Part shown: positions 18,545-27,268 of the stretch, in pieces | Layout of the letters: each line of letters starts with the position of its first letter | Numbering within the stretch: the first letter of the stretch is position 1 | IMG/VR virus record: IMGVR_UViG_3300025009_000080 | Location: 8,706-72,705 of that record | Source: a virus | DNA length: 64,000 nucleotides | Direction: 5' to 3' (one strand) | Translations under genes and position numbers: made by a program | The notes under the pieces: generated by a model | Told to the model about the DNA's origin: nothing | Database searches by the model: none | Seen by the model: only the letters and a program-made list of their open reading frames with translations

Positions 18545-19255
18545 TTAGTATAAGTAATAAATCTTAACTGTCATTGCTTCTGCACCTGTAAGGTCAATAT
18601 GCCACAAAGAATCCGCTGAATCGTAGTACATCTGTACATTAGGTTGTGGGATTAGTTGAGTGCCTGATACCTCGAATATCTGATGTAAAAAGTCTCCTGT
18701 TACAGCAAGTGGCAATGTTATATCATTTACCGATGCTGTCAGGGCTACTTCCTGAACCACTACAGCAGGAACAGTTGTAGGTGTTACAAAAGCGTAAGCC
18801 CCATCTACGACACCCAATACCTGCCCCGGATCAGCCGTTGCAGGATCGGGCAGATCGTACGCTACACTACTTTTTTTTTTCCAGTTACTAAGGTCGGTAT
18901 GTGCAATAAGCAGGGCTGCTGCCGAAGTAACCTCCGGTGTAACTTCTACTTCACCTTCCATTACAGCCGGTGCTGGTTGCCATGTGCTTTGATTTGACAC
19001 CATCTGTACGTCAAACTGAATTTCCTCTACCGGATTATCCTGATGAATGATAATCATTATTTTATCCTGAAATGGATAACTTGCATCCGTTGTCTTATAG
19101 TCCTCTATAAGTAACGTCGACAGCGCACAGTCGCCATCAAGAATAGTTATAGGATGTGTACCCACACCCGACCCGTTATCTTTTTCGATAACAATGCCCT
19201 TTGCAGTAGCATCGGAAAGGTATGTGGCTGCTGATAAAACTAACATTTCGTCCAT
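18545..19255 (-). CDS. putative structural protein with internal A10 run
   Basis: ORF track; acidic, beta-rich composition; late operon context. Confidence 0.65.
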   Translation of the reverse strand: MDEMLVLSAATYLSDATAKGIVIEKDNGSGVGTHPITILDGDCALSTLLIEDYKTTDASYPFQDKIMIIIHQDNPVEEIQFDVQMVSNQSTWQPAPAVMEGEVEVTPEVTSAAALLIAHTDLSNWKKKSSVAYDLPDPATADPGQVLGVVDGAYAFVTPTTVPAVVVQEVALTASVNDITLPLAVTGDFLHQIFEVSGTQLIPQPNVQMYYDSADSLWHIDLTGAEAMTVKIYYLY

Positions 19256-19260
19256 TGTAT

Positions 19261-19725
19261 TTATGTTTTCTTGGTGAATACTGACTTAGCGTATTTTAAT
19301 GCGGTTCCTATTCCGCCCTTTAACTGCAAAATGAACCATAGGATAATAATAATTAACAGGATAATAAATCCCAATACAAATGCCCACATAAAACCGGGAA
19401 TATGGTTTTTAACTACCGTTTTGGGAGGATTATAGACGTTAAACCGCTTTAAAATGGTTCTTGTTACCGTTTTAACCTTGTCTTTGTATAGGATTTTGTA
19501 GATTGTGGTGTCGTGTTCGATAATCTCTGTGAACGGATTGTCTTCTATGATTGTAGTATCTCCCCACCAAAGGCTGTCGGTGTAGAATACAGCTACGCTA
19601 TCGGTAGTCCCTGCTTCCGTAACACAATACGGACATATCTTTGATTTAAGACGTTCCAACCTCTTAACGGGGTCACAGGATGTCAGGAGGAGTAATGATG
19701 CGAATATGATTAGGGTTTTCTTCAT
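19261..19725 (-). CDS. putative unimolecular spanin
   Basis: Lipobox LLLTS|C at the N-terminus plus a C-terminal TM helix; adjacent to the endolysin. Confidence 0.7.
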   Translation of the reverse strand: MKKTLIIFASLLLLTSCDPVKRLERLKSKICPYCVTEAGTTDSVAVFYTDSLWWGDTTIIEDNPFTEIIEHDTTIYKILYKDKVKTVTRTILKRFNVYNPPKTVVKNHIPGFMWAFVLGFIILLIIIILWFILQLKGGIGTALKYAKSVFTKKT

Positions 19726-19729
19726 AGTG

Positions 19730-20149
19730 CTATATTTTTGCTAATTGTACGTGCATACCGTCCCTGCGTTTAAAATTACCACCCCAATCGAACCCTGCAT
19801 CTGTAAAGCAAGCCACAAGTTCCGGTGACATTGTGGGAATTTGACCTAACTGATTCCATGAAGCGTTAAAATCAACCGCAATAGCCCATGAATGTAAACT
19901 CATGCTGCTTGCACCCCTTATTTTACGGATATTAAAACAGCCGTCAAAAGTTTTAACTTCATCAATCAAGCCACGGTCAATAATGTTTTTGAATGCCTGA
20001 CTAAGCGGGGCAATTAAATCTTTATTACAATACAGGCGATTAGGCAAAGCCCCTATTTCGAGTTCTGCCGGGACATCCCATAGGACAAGCCAAGGATTAT
20101 TATTAGTTGGCTGCCCGTATTTCTTTAAACACTGTGCTGATGTTACCAT
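19730..20149 (-). CDS. endolysin, M15-family peptidase
   Basis: FN.R.IRG...SLHSWAIAVDFN...GFDWGG.F...DGMHVQ; start at MVTSAQ. Confidence 0.9.
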   Translation of the reverse strand: MVTSAQCLKKYGQPTNNNPWLVLWDVPAELEIGALPNRLYCNKDLIAPLSQAFKNIIDRGLIDEVKTFDGCFNIRKIRGASSMSLHSWAIAVDFNASWNQLGQIPTMSPELVACFTDAGFDWGGNFKRRDGMHVQLAKI

Positions 20150-20274
20150 AATTTTTGCTTTATTTTGCTCCCTGAGTGTAAACGAATACACGGTAGTTTA
20201 GAAAGCTACTGCTGCACTTTTCCTTACAGGTTAGTCAGCACCAGGGAAGTCTTTACATACTATGGCTCGTCAGC

Positions 20275-20688
20275 CTACTTAGAATAGTTTCGTTTGAAGG
20301 TTCCTCCTCCAACCTTTCTGTTTTCGATCCATGCACCGTATATCAGGTTAATTATCTTCACTACCCATCCAATAAAGTCGTAGTTGGCAGCAGAAGGCAG
20401 AAACCTTAAAATATATCTCAAAATTGTAATCCCAATAACAGACCCAAGAAATAAATAAATTTTTTCAAGCCACGTAGACGCACTGGATTCTGGCTCAGGT
20501 GCTATTGTCGACTCCGGCTCAGGGGTCATTACGGGCGTTTCGGTATCCGTAACAGTAGCAGTATTGGGATCTACTACAATTTCGGTTTTTGCCTTTTCAG
20601 GAGGTGCTTTACCACCCACAGAGACACCTGCAAACATAATTGCTCCTATAATGGTAAACATCAGGAGCATTTTAATCATTGTTTTCAT
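20275..20688 (-). CDS. membrane protein, holin/antiholin candidate
   Basis: N-terminal hydrophobic segment plus two C-terminal hydrophobic segments and a basic tail; next to the endolysin. Confidence 0.55.
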   Translation of the reverse strand: MKTMIKMLLMFTIIGAIMFAGVSVGGKAPPEKAKTEIVVDPNTATVTDTETPVMTPEPESTIAPEPESSASTWLEKIYLFLGSVIGITILRYILRFLPSAANYDFIGWVVKIINLIYGAWIENRKVGGGTFKRNYSK

Positions 20689-20724
20689 AGTTGTTTTTAT
20701 TTGGTTAATACTCGCCTTTCGGCA

Positions 20725-21057
20725 TTACTGGCATAATTTACTTGGCTTCACTACATCTGTAGCCCCACCTCTCATATTCATATCCTGTAATTCGAGTTCA
20801 AAGAGTTTATGCTGCACTGCATCCTGATCTATCTTATTGCCTCCGAATAACACAAGGTTCATGTAATATAATCTCGTGTTAATCTTTGCTATTTCTACAT
20901 CATTCTTGGTTATTTTTGCAATAATTTCCTCTCTGTCTTTGTTTTGATAGGTTATTGCAGCAAATACAATGCTTATTACAGCGACAAAGAATGCAATAAA
21001 TTGCTTCATTGGCATCTTAACCGGAGTAGTCTCTGTAATGATTGGTTTTTTTTCCAT
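20725..21057 (-). CDS. single-TM protein, holin candidate
   Basis: TM FIAFFVAVISIVFAAITY followed by a coiled coil. Confidence 0.5.
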   Translation of the reverse strand: MEKKPIITETTPVKMPMKQFIAFFVAVISIVFAAITYQNKDREEIIAKITKNDVEIAKINTRLYYMNLVLFGGNKIDQDAVQHKLFELELQDMNMRGGATDVVKPSKLCQ

Positions 21058-21072
21058 AGAATTATTAGTTTT

Positions 21073-22161
21073 TTAAGGTGATACATCGCCATTACAGCGT
21101 CCAAAGATAGTATAATTTCCACTCATTGTCAACTCTTTGTATTCAAATATATAGTCGGGAGATGGGAATGTTAATAACTGGCCGACAAATCGTTTCGCTA
21201 CATAGAGCGCATCTACTGAATTTATAAGCATATCATTGGTTACGTCGGCTGCCTCCTTTCGCAATCCTGTTAATAATTGCATCCCTGTAAAGTGTTTTAG
21301 GATAAGCATAGCATCTACAGCGTTTGAGTTACCCCATGTAGCATCTGTTATTGCATCAGGGTACAGCGTTTGCTTTGTAGTAGTATATGTTTCCCCTGAA
21401 AATACAGTGTCATTGCCGTATAAGATATAGCCGGAAATCGTGTCCTGAGTACCATCGTATATCAGGTATCCGGTCACGGTAATGCTGTCTGGTACGATAT
21501 TATACACACAGGTTTGCGTTTTCCCGTAAATCTGTCCGCAAAAATACATTGAATCTATGTGCCACCATTCTATGTTATGAAACCAACCCCAACCCCAATT
21601 GCAATGCCACCTGTCAGTAGTCCAATCATAATCATCAATAAGAACAAACCGGGAACACCCCCCTGAATACGGGTATGTCTCTATAATAAATGGTTGTTCA
21701 AGTGCTATATTGTCCCTTAATTCCGGCAATACGTGATTAACCGAATCTGTTTCACATTGGTATCCATAAAAATCCCGCAATACATTCCGTACCGTATCTA
21801 CGTTTACAAGTCCACAGTTCCACGCCAAAGGATAAGGACTGTAACTCGACTGGCAGGCAATGTCCATCTCTAATACCGTTGAACTAAACAGGAGCGTATC
21901 ATCAAAGTAAATGGTAAGCCCTTCTGAGCAAAGATTCCCGACATTAGACTGATAGCAATTCGATTGAAACGGATATTCAGGGTGGTTGTAGTAGTTAATA
22001 ACTTGCGCCATTGCTATTGCGTGGCTGTTAATCAAACACGTTTCGTTGTTGTAATGGGGATATGTGCAATTAAATGGAGAATCAACAGACCAGTTTGTCT
22101 GAATAATTTGCGCCTGAGTGTCAAGCGTTATTAGCAAGCATATAGCAAGTACTGTTCGCAT
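21073..22161 (-). CDS. peptidase C10 (streptopain)-like protein, catalytic residues lost, with dockerin-like C-terminus
   Basis: W....PFN..P...AIAMAQVINYY.HP and HCNWGWG; ADVTNDMLINSVDAL dockerin/EF-hand repeat; signal peptide. Confidence 0.75.
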   Translation of the reverse strand: MRTVLAICLLITLDTQAQIIQTNWSVDSPFNCTYPHYNNETCLINSHAIAMAQVINYYNHPEYPFQSNCYQSNVGNLCSEGLTIYFDDTLLFSSTVLEMDIACQSSYSPYPLAWNCGLVNVDTVRNVLRDFYGYQCETDSVNHVLPELRDNIALEQPFIIETYPYSGGCSRFVLIDDYDWTTDRWHCNWGWGWFHNIEWWHIDSMYFCGQIYGKTQTCVYNIVPDSITVTGYLIYDGTQDTISGYILYGNDTVFSGETYTTTKQTLYPDAITDATWGNSNAVDAMLILKHFTGMQLLTGLRKEAADVTNDMLINSVDALYVAKRFVGQLLTFPSPDYIFEYKELTMSGNYTIFGRCNGDVSP

Positions 22162-22163
22162 AC

Positions 22164-25100
22164 TTAGTAGTGGATTGTCTGAGCGTATGCCGAAAGTCTG
22201 TAAAATAAAGCACCGTCTGTCCCCGATTTCTGCCTCGCACGTATTAAATATACGTCTCCGGTTGTTGCATTAATATCATAAGCGGTTACGTGTATTGGGT
22301 TATATTGCCCACCATTCTGAATTGATAATTGAGATGTGGGGACTTCCGCAGCGTCAGTAACGTTGTATACTTGCACCTCTAATGTTTGTAAGGCATCAAA
22401 TACCGAAACTGACATATCAATATCAAATTTCACATGACCCGTTAATCCTGTATATGTTAGTTTAGCAGTATCATTGTCAACCGTAAATCCCTGAGCGTCC
22501 AGACTTGTTAACGCAAGCGCAAGCGGATAATAAGTATCTATAACTGAAAATGTAAGATTATACCCCGTGTTATTTGAATAGTAAGCAAAACAATGTGCCG
22601 GATACCGCCGTGCCTTTACTTCACCTGTTGCTTCGTTCCATGTCAGGTCGTATTTGCAGGTGTCGGCTTTGGTGATTCCTTGTACTTTTAGCTTTCCCTG
22701 TAAATCAGCAGACCATCCACTTGATGACGTAGAGAATAATCCTGTCCCCGTTGTTGCTGTTGAGTAAAATCCATATCCTGATGTGGCAGAACCAATTACA
22801 CCATTTCCTGTTGTTGCATACCCGGCTAATCCTACTCCTCCACTCGCATTGCTTTCGCCTTGTATCGCTACACCTCCACCGTTTTCTGTAACCCTGAGAA
22901 GTCCTAAAACACCCGTCTGATTTTCAGTACCGTTTATTAAAACTTCGCCGTTTGAGTACATATACAAAGTACTGTCGTTTCCGGTTTTCGAGTTTGAAAT
23001 CTTAAAAAGCGTGTCGGATGTGGCGTTACCGTTAAGGCTAATTCTCGCCCCTGATCGGGTTGTACCTAAACTTATTTTGGTCGCTGAACGTGGGTAGGCT
23101 ACGTCTCCCACCTGTCGCCAGATTGTATTTGCAGCGGAGGTGTCCGATATACTTGTGGTATCCCTCCACTTTGCCGTTGCTGCATCGTAGTACAGTACGT
23201 CGTCATCTGTTACGCCTGTTACGTTTACGTCTGTTAAGCCTGCTAAAGTGGTTGATCCAAGTGTAGGGGTAGCGTAACCAATGGTCTTGGTTGAAGGGTC
23301 TTGTGTAAGGTATCGGATAGATGATAAAGTTTGTAATTCTGGTAACTGCAATGTGTTTTCAACTATTCGTATTACGGTATCTGTTTGCGCAGGGTCTAAT
23401 GGGTATCCATTAATTGACGAATACATAATATCCATTCGTGCATCATCTCCGTTTGTCTGTATGGAATAGAATCTCGCCCCCCTATCTCCCATATATATAC
23501 CGTTCTCCCCAAGCTCGGATAGTTGTTTTTCCATTATTATATGATTGGAAAATCCTGTATTGGGGTAATCTTCGTGACTGAATGGAGCTTGGCTCATTCT
23601 TAAAACATTGGTATCTTTTATCATATTCAGCCCACCTTTTTCGTCAATAACCATAGCGAGCGTCGTATCACTGCCAACATAAATGCCTCCTGTTGCTGTG
23701 CCAAACGAGGGGATTGGAAGCGTTCCTGTAATATTATTGTCATTATAGGTAGTCGTAGTATTATCATTTATGGTTGTAATAAGCAAAAAATCAGGGTAAT
23801 TCCCTACCTCCACACGGTAAATATTTCTCCCAATAACAACTCCTTGCTCTCCGGTGGGTATAAATTCTACGGTAATCTGTTCATTGGCCACCACGTCAGA
23901 TAAATTTGAATTGTCTGATAACTCAGATTCGCCCTGTGCTGTCAAAAAGGATACTCTGTAATAAAATTCCCCTGAAAGATTACCGGGTGTTGCATTAAGA
24001 CTTGCTGTCGGAGCTTCTGGTTTAGGTAAGTGATGTATCCATAAGTTACCATACCTGCTCTCTACTTCTCTTACCGAAACAGTATCGGTAAATGAATAAT
24101 TCCCATACCCCGTATCCCCTGTAGTCTTTAAATACCCACTGTCCTGAGACAAAAAGCCTGAAATGTCGTATTGCGTTGCTACCTGAGAACTATCTGCTTT
24201 CAATGTCCCTGTTGATGTTATTGTCCCTCCGGTTAATCCCCATGAAGTCGCTACGGATGTTACAGTGCCGCTTGTGGGAGAAGAAGCCGCCCACGAAAGC
24301 GTACCGTCTGTCTGACTTGTTAACTGATACCCTGAGCTTGCAGGGTAAGCAGGGGGCATTGTGTATATCTGAAAGCCAGTATGTGCGGGATCTACGTATA
24401 ATTCAACATACCCTGTCTCTCCTGCGGTTGTCATTCCGAGTTTACTACCTACTGCATATATCCCTGATTTTGATTTTATCCATCCTGAATTAGTGTAGTT
24501 ACCCCACATATAATCCGTTGTGGTTTTGAGATAGCCCGTATCTTTAGCAACAACCCAATCCGTACCGTTAAATTTCATTATATCACCATTAACCTGACTG
24601 GTTAAAGCAATGTCTGTCCCGTCTACTGCGTTATCGGATATGGCAAGTGCGCCAGTATTTGACATTGTTGCATCCCCTGAAACCAATCTTTCTGTCGCTG
24701 CATTTGACGAATTACCTACCATGATGTATCCGTCCGACTGCTGAATATACTCTGATGTTACCTTACCAAATGCAGGTGTCCCTGAACCAGAAATAGGGCT
24801 TCTAAATACTAATCGCTCTGCCTGTGATGTCCACGATAGTGCAAAAGTACCCGAACCCGTTATCGGTGATCCGATAGTTGTAATTTCTGACGGTGTTGTC
24901 ATAGCAATACTTGTTACCGTTCCGGGTGTAAAATAACTCATTACACCTCCTGTGGTCACACTAAAACTCTGACCGCTTACAGACGGGTATGTACCCGGCA
25001 ATGTCAGCGTCACATCTGAACTCATAGCAGGAACTCCAATCTGAACATAGTTGGTTTGCGCTCCGGGTTGCTCTGTTAACCTGAAATACCCTTTAGATTC

Positions 25101-26576
25101 AACACCGATCCCACTTGCTCCGGTAGCCCATCCTTTAACAGCCGGGTATGTGGTTGCGGCTGTTTGTGCGTCAATAGCCATTCCCGATGCTGATGTAGCC
25201 TGCAATGCGTTACCGGATGCCCCACCAGAAGGATAAGTACTTTCAATCCACACAGTAGGCATAGCCTGTGCCGTTGTGCTATACATAGCATAATTATTCC
25301 CTATCTGCTGAACGTAAATTCCATACCCTGATGATGAATTAGAAATAGCCTGCTTGCCTGTTAATTGAACAGTAGTGCCGTCAAATGTCAGATTAGCCTC
25401 TCCATTCAATGCTGTAGCAGAGCTAAAAGTAGCAAGCCTGTTATCAACTCCATTGGCGGCTGTTAACCCTGCACCCGTTGAATCATTCCCCCAATATGGT
25501 AATGTCCCGTTTGATTTCAATACCTTGTTTGATGTGCCTACTCCTAATCGTACCCAATCCGTCCCATTAAAATACATCACGTCTCCATTTACTTCGCCCG
25601 TAAGTGAAATATCTGTACCACGTACTGCATTGGGCTGGATTGTCGTAACACCTGTGGCGGATATAGTCACGTCCCCACTCATTACCCTTGACTGCCCTAC
25701 ACTCGATCCGTTACCTATAATGATATTGCCGTTAATTATGCCAATATCCTCTGGTTGCCCCTTTCGGAATAACGGTGTCCCCGCACTCCCATTCGGTGAT
25801 GCAAACACAAGGTTTGCTGACTTACTCGCCCATACAGCCGTTAGCGTCCCCGATGTTGTTACCGGAGACCCTGAAATAGTGAAATCAGAAGGTAGGCTTA
25901 ATGCCACACTTATTACCGTTCCCGTTGCTGACTGCCAAGATGTATCCTGCCACATCCCGGCAGACTGGTTCCAATATAAAATGCTTCGGTTAGTCTTTCC
26001 GGTTGTCAGGACGTTTTCGAGGTCGTCAAGTGGGTGATTATGTCCGGGTCTTGCCCAACTGGTGTCAATATTTATAGTATCATTTCTACGCCAACCGTCC
26101 TGCATAACCAAGTTTGATCCGTAATTTGCGAATATGCTGTCAGCCAAATCCCCGGTAATCGTATCACCGCCTATGTAAATCGTATCAGCATGAATCACAA
26201 TAGAATATATGGTATCAGAGGTGATAACGTAACTATGGATCGTGTCCGTTCGGACTACAATAGAATAAATGGTGTCAACGTTAATTTGTATAGAATAAAT
26301 AGTATCAACCTGTAATAAGACAGTTGTATCATAGATTGTTACCGTAGTATCAACTATTCCCATCATTCCTTTAAGGGTTGCTACCGATACGGTGTCAACT
26401 TTACCCCCTGATTTTGTTATCAGAATTGCAGTATCAACTGCCGGGAATTTGGTAAAGTAAATGTCCTTATTCCCGGTAAGGTTTCCCTTCACCTGAAGAC
26501 TTCCGTTAACCACTTGCTGACCGTACCCCACTAATGCCAGTATGAGTATTGCAAATAATAATGCTATTTTTTTCAT
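22164..26576 (-). CDS. large tail-fibre-like protein with N-terminal signal peptide
   Basis: GTVTSVA, SGDVTIS and DVNVTG..DDDVLYYD fibre-type repeats; signal peptide MKKIALLFAILILALVGYG|Q. Confidence 0.75.
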   Translation of the reverse strand: MKKIALLFAILILALVGYGQQVVNGSLQVKGNLTGNKDIYFTKFPAVDTAILITKSGGKVDTVSVATLKGMMGIVDTTVTIYDTTVLLQVDTIYSIQINVDTIYSIVVRTDTIHSYVITSDTIYSIVIHADTIYIGGDTITGDLADSIFANYGSNLVMQDGWRRNDTINIDTSWARPGHNHPLDDLENVLTTGKTNRSILYWNQSAGMWQDTSWQSATGTVISVALSLPSDFTISGSPVTTSGTLTAVWASKSANLVFASPNGSAGTPLFRKGQPEDIGIINGNIIIGNGSSVGQSRVMSGDVTISATGVTTIQPNAVRGTDISLTGEVNGDVMYFNGTDWVRLGVGTSNKVLKSNGTLPYWGNDSTGAGLTAANGVDNRLATFSSATALNGEANLTFDGTTVQLTGKQAISNSSSGYGIYVQQIGNNYAMYSTTAQAMPTVWIESTYPSGGASGNALQATSASGMAIDAQTAATTYPAVKGWATGASGIGVESKGYFRLTEQPGAQTNYVQIGVPAMSSDVTLTLPGTYPSVSGQSFSVTTGGVMSYFTPGTVTSIAMTTPSEITTIGSPITGSGTFALSWTSQAERLVFRSPISGSGTPAFGKVTSEYIQQSDGYIMVGNSSNAATERLVSGDATMSNTGALAISDNAVDGTDIALTSQVNGDIMKFNGTDWVVAKDTGYLKTTTDYMWGNYTNSGWIKSKSGIYAVGSKLGMTTAGETGYVELYVDPAHTGFQIYTMPPAYPASSGYQLTSQTDGTLSWAASSPTSGTVTSVATSWGLTGGTITSTGTLKADSSQVATQYDISGFLSQDSGYLKTTGDTGYGNYSFTDTVSVREVESRYGNLWIHHLPKPEAPTASLNATPGNLSGEFYYRVSFLTAQGESELSDNSNLSDVVANEQITVEFIPTGEQGVVIGRNIYRVEVGNYPDFLLITTINDNTTTTYNDNNITGTLPIPSFGTATGGIYVGSDTTLAMVIDEKGGLNMIKDTNVLRMSQAPFSHEDYPNTGFSNHIIMEKQLSELGENGIYMGDRGARFYSIQTNGDDARMDIMYSSINGYPLDPAQTDTVIRIVENTLQLPELQTLSSIRYLTQDPSTKTIGYATPTLGSTTLAGLTDVNVTGVTDDDVLYYDAATAKWRDTTSISDTSAANTIWRQVGDVAYPRSATKISLGTTRSGARISLNGNATSDTLFKISNSKTGNDSTLYMYSNGEVLINGTENQTGVLGLLRVTENGGGVAIQGESNASGGVGLAGYATTGNGVIGSATSGYGFYSTATTGTGLFSTSSSGWSADLQGKLKVQGITKADTCKYDLTWNEATGEVKARRYPAHCFAYYSNNTGYNLTFSVIDTYYPLALALTSLDAQGFTVDNDTAKLTYTGLTGHVKFDIDMSVSVFDALQTLEVQVYNVTDAAEVPTSQLSIQNGGQYNPIHVTAYDINATTGDVYLIRARQKSGTDGALFYRLSAYAQTIHY

Positions 26577-26581
26577 CTTGA

Positions 26582-27268
26582 CTAAATTAAAGAAATGGTG
26601 TATCCGTCCGATGTTCCTTCTTCTACGGTTACGATTATGCTTCCATTGACATCAAGTGGATTGACAACTATATCAATCAACTCAACTTTGCCATCTACGT
26701 TAAATGCCTGCCACATATACGGCCTGCGACCCAATGTATGATTAACAATTTTGGGTTCGCCTGATACCAGTACTCCGGTTTCGCACGTTGTTGGTTCAAA
26801 CGTAGAAGATCCTCCACTGCCAGCACCACCGTAAAAGTGAAATCCTGATGTGTTCCAGTATATTTCGTCTCCGGTTACATACGAATCCCCTGAGTAATCA
26901 AAGTTGCCAGTAATTGACCACCACCATCCGGGCTGCTTAGACTGTGAATTTACTAATGCCATTTGTGCTGCATTGGCAATTTCGCCACGGTAACTCTGCT
27001 CTGGTATTGGGATATACTGATTTGTTATTGTGCTCTGGTATTGCGCCACAACTTTTGTATCCATGGTTGAATTAAGAAATTGAGTAGCGCAATTTTGAGT
27101 AGCAAGTACCGCCTCCGTATCCTCTAATAACTCAATCATGTTGTATTTTAGAATGACTTCATCCCAACAATACTTTGATTTAATCCCAAGCACGTCCTGT
27201 CGTGCAAGGGATACCGTCTTGTGAATAGTTTCAACAAGCGTTTGGTTTTTAATATTATTGGAGTCCAT
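26582..27268 (-). CDS. putative structural protein
   Basis: ORF track; VNHTLGRRP C-terminal module; TAATG coupling. Confidence 0.65.
   Translation of the reverse strand: MDSNNIKNQTLVETIHKTVSLARQDVLGIKSKYCWDEVILKYNMIELLEDTEAVLATQNCATQFLNSTMDTKVVAQYQSTITNQYIPIPEQSYRGEIANAAQMALVNSQSKQPGWWWSITGNFDYSGDSYVTGDEIYWNTSGFHFYGGAGSGGSSTFEPTTCETGVLVSGEPKIVNHTLGRRPYMWQAFNVDGKVELIDIVVNPLDVNGSIIVTVEEGTSDGYTISLI

Noticed and set aside
20215-20275. Hammerhead ribozyme (CUGACGA / CUGACUA...GAAA on - strand)
   Set aside because: CUGACGA lies within a simple GGCU-GACG-AGCC hairpin, the second copy breaks the CUGANGA core, and stems I and III could not be built.
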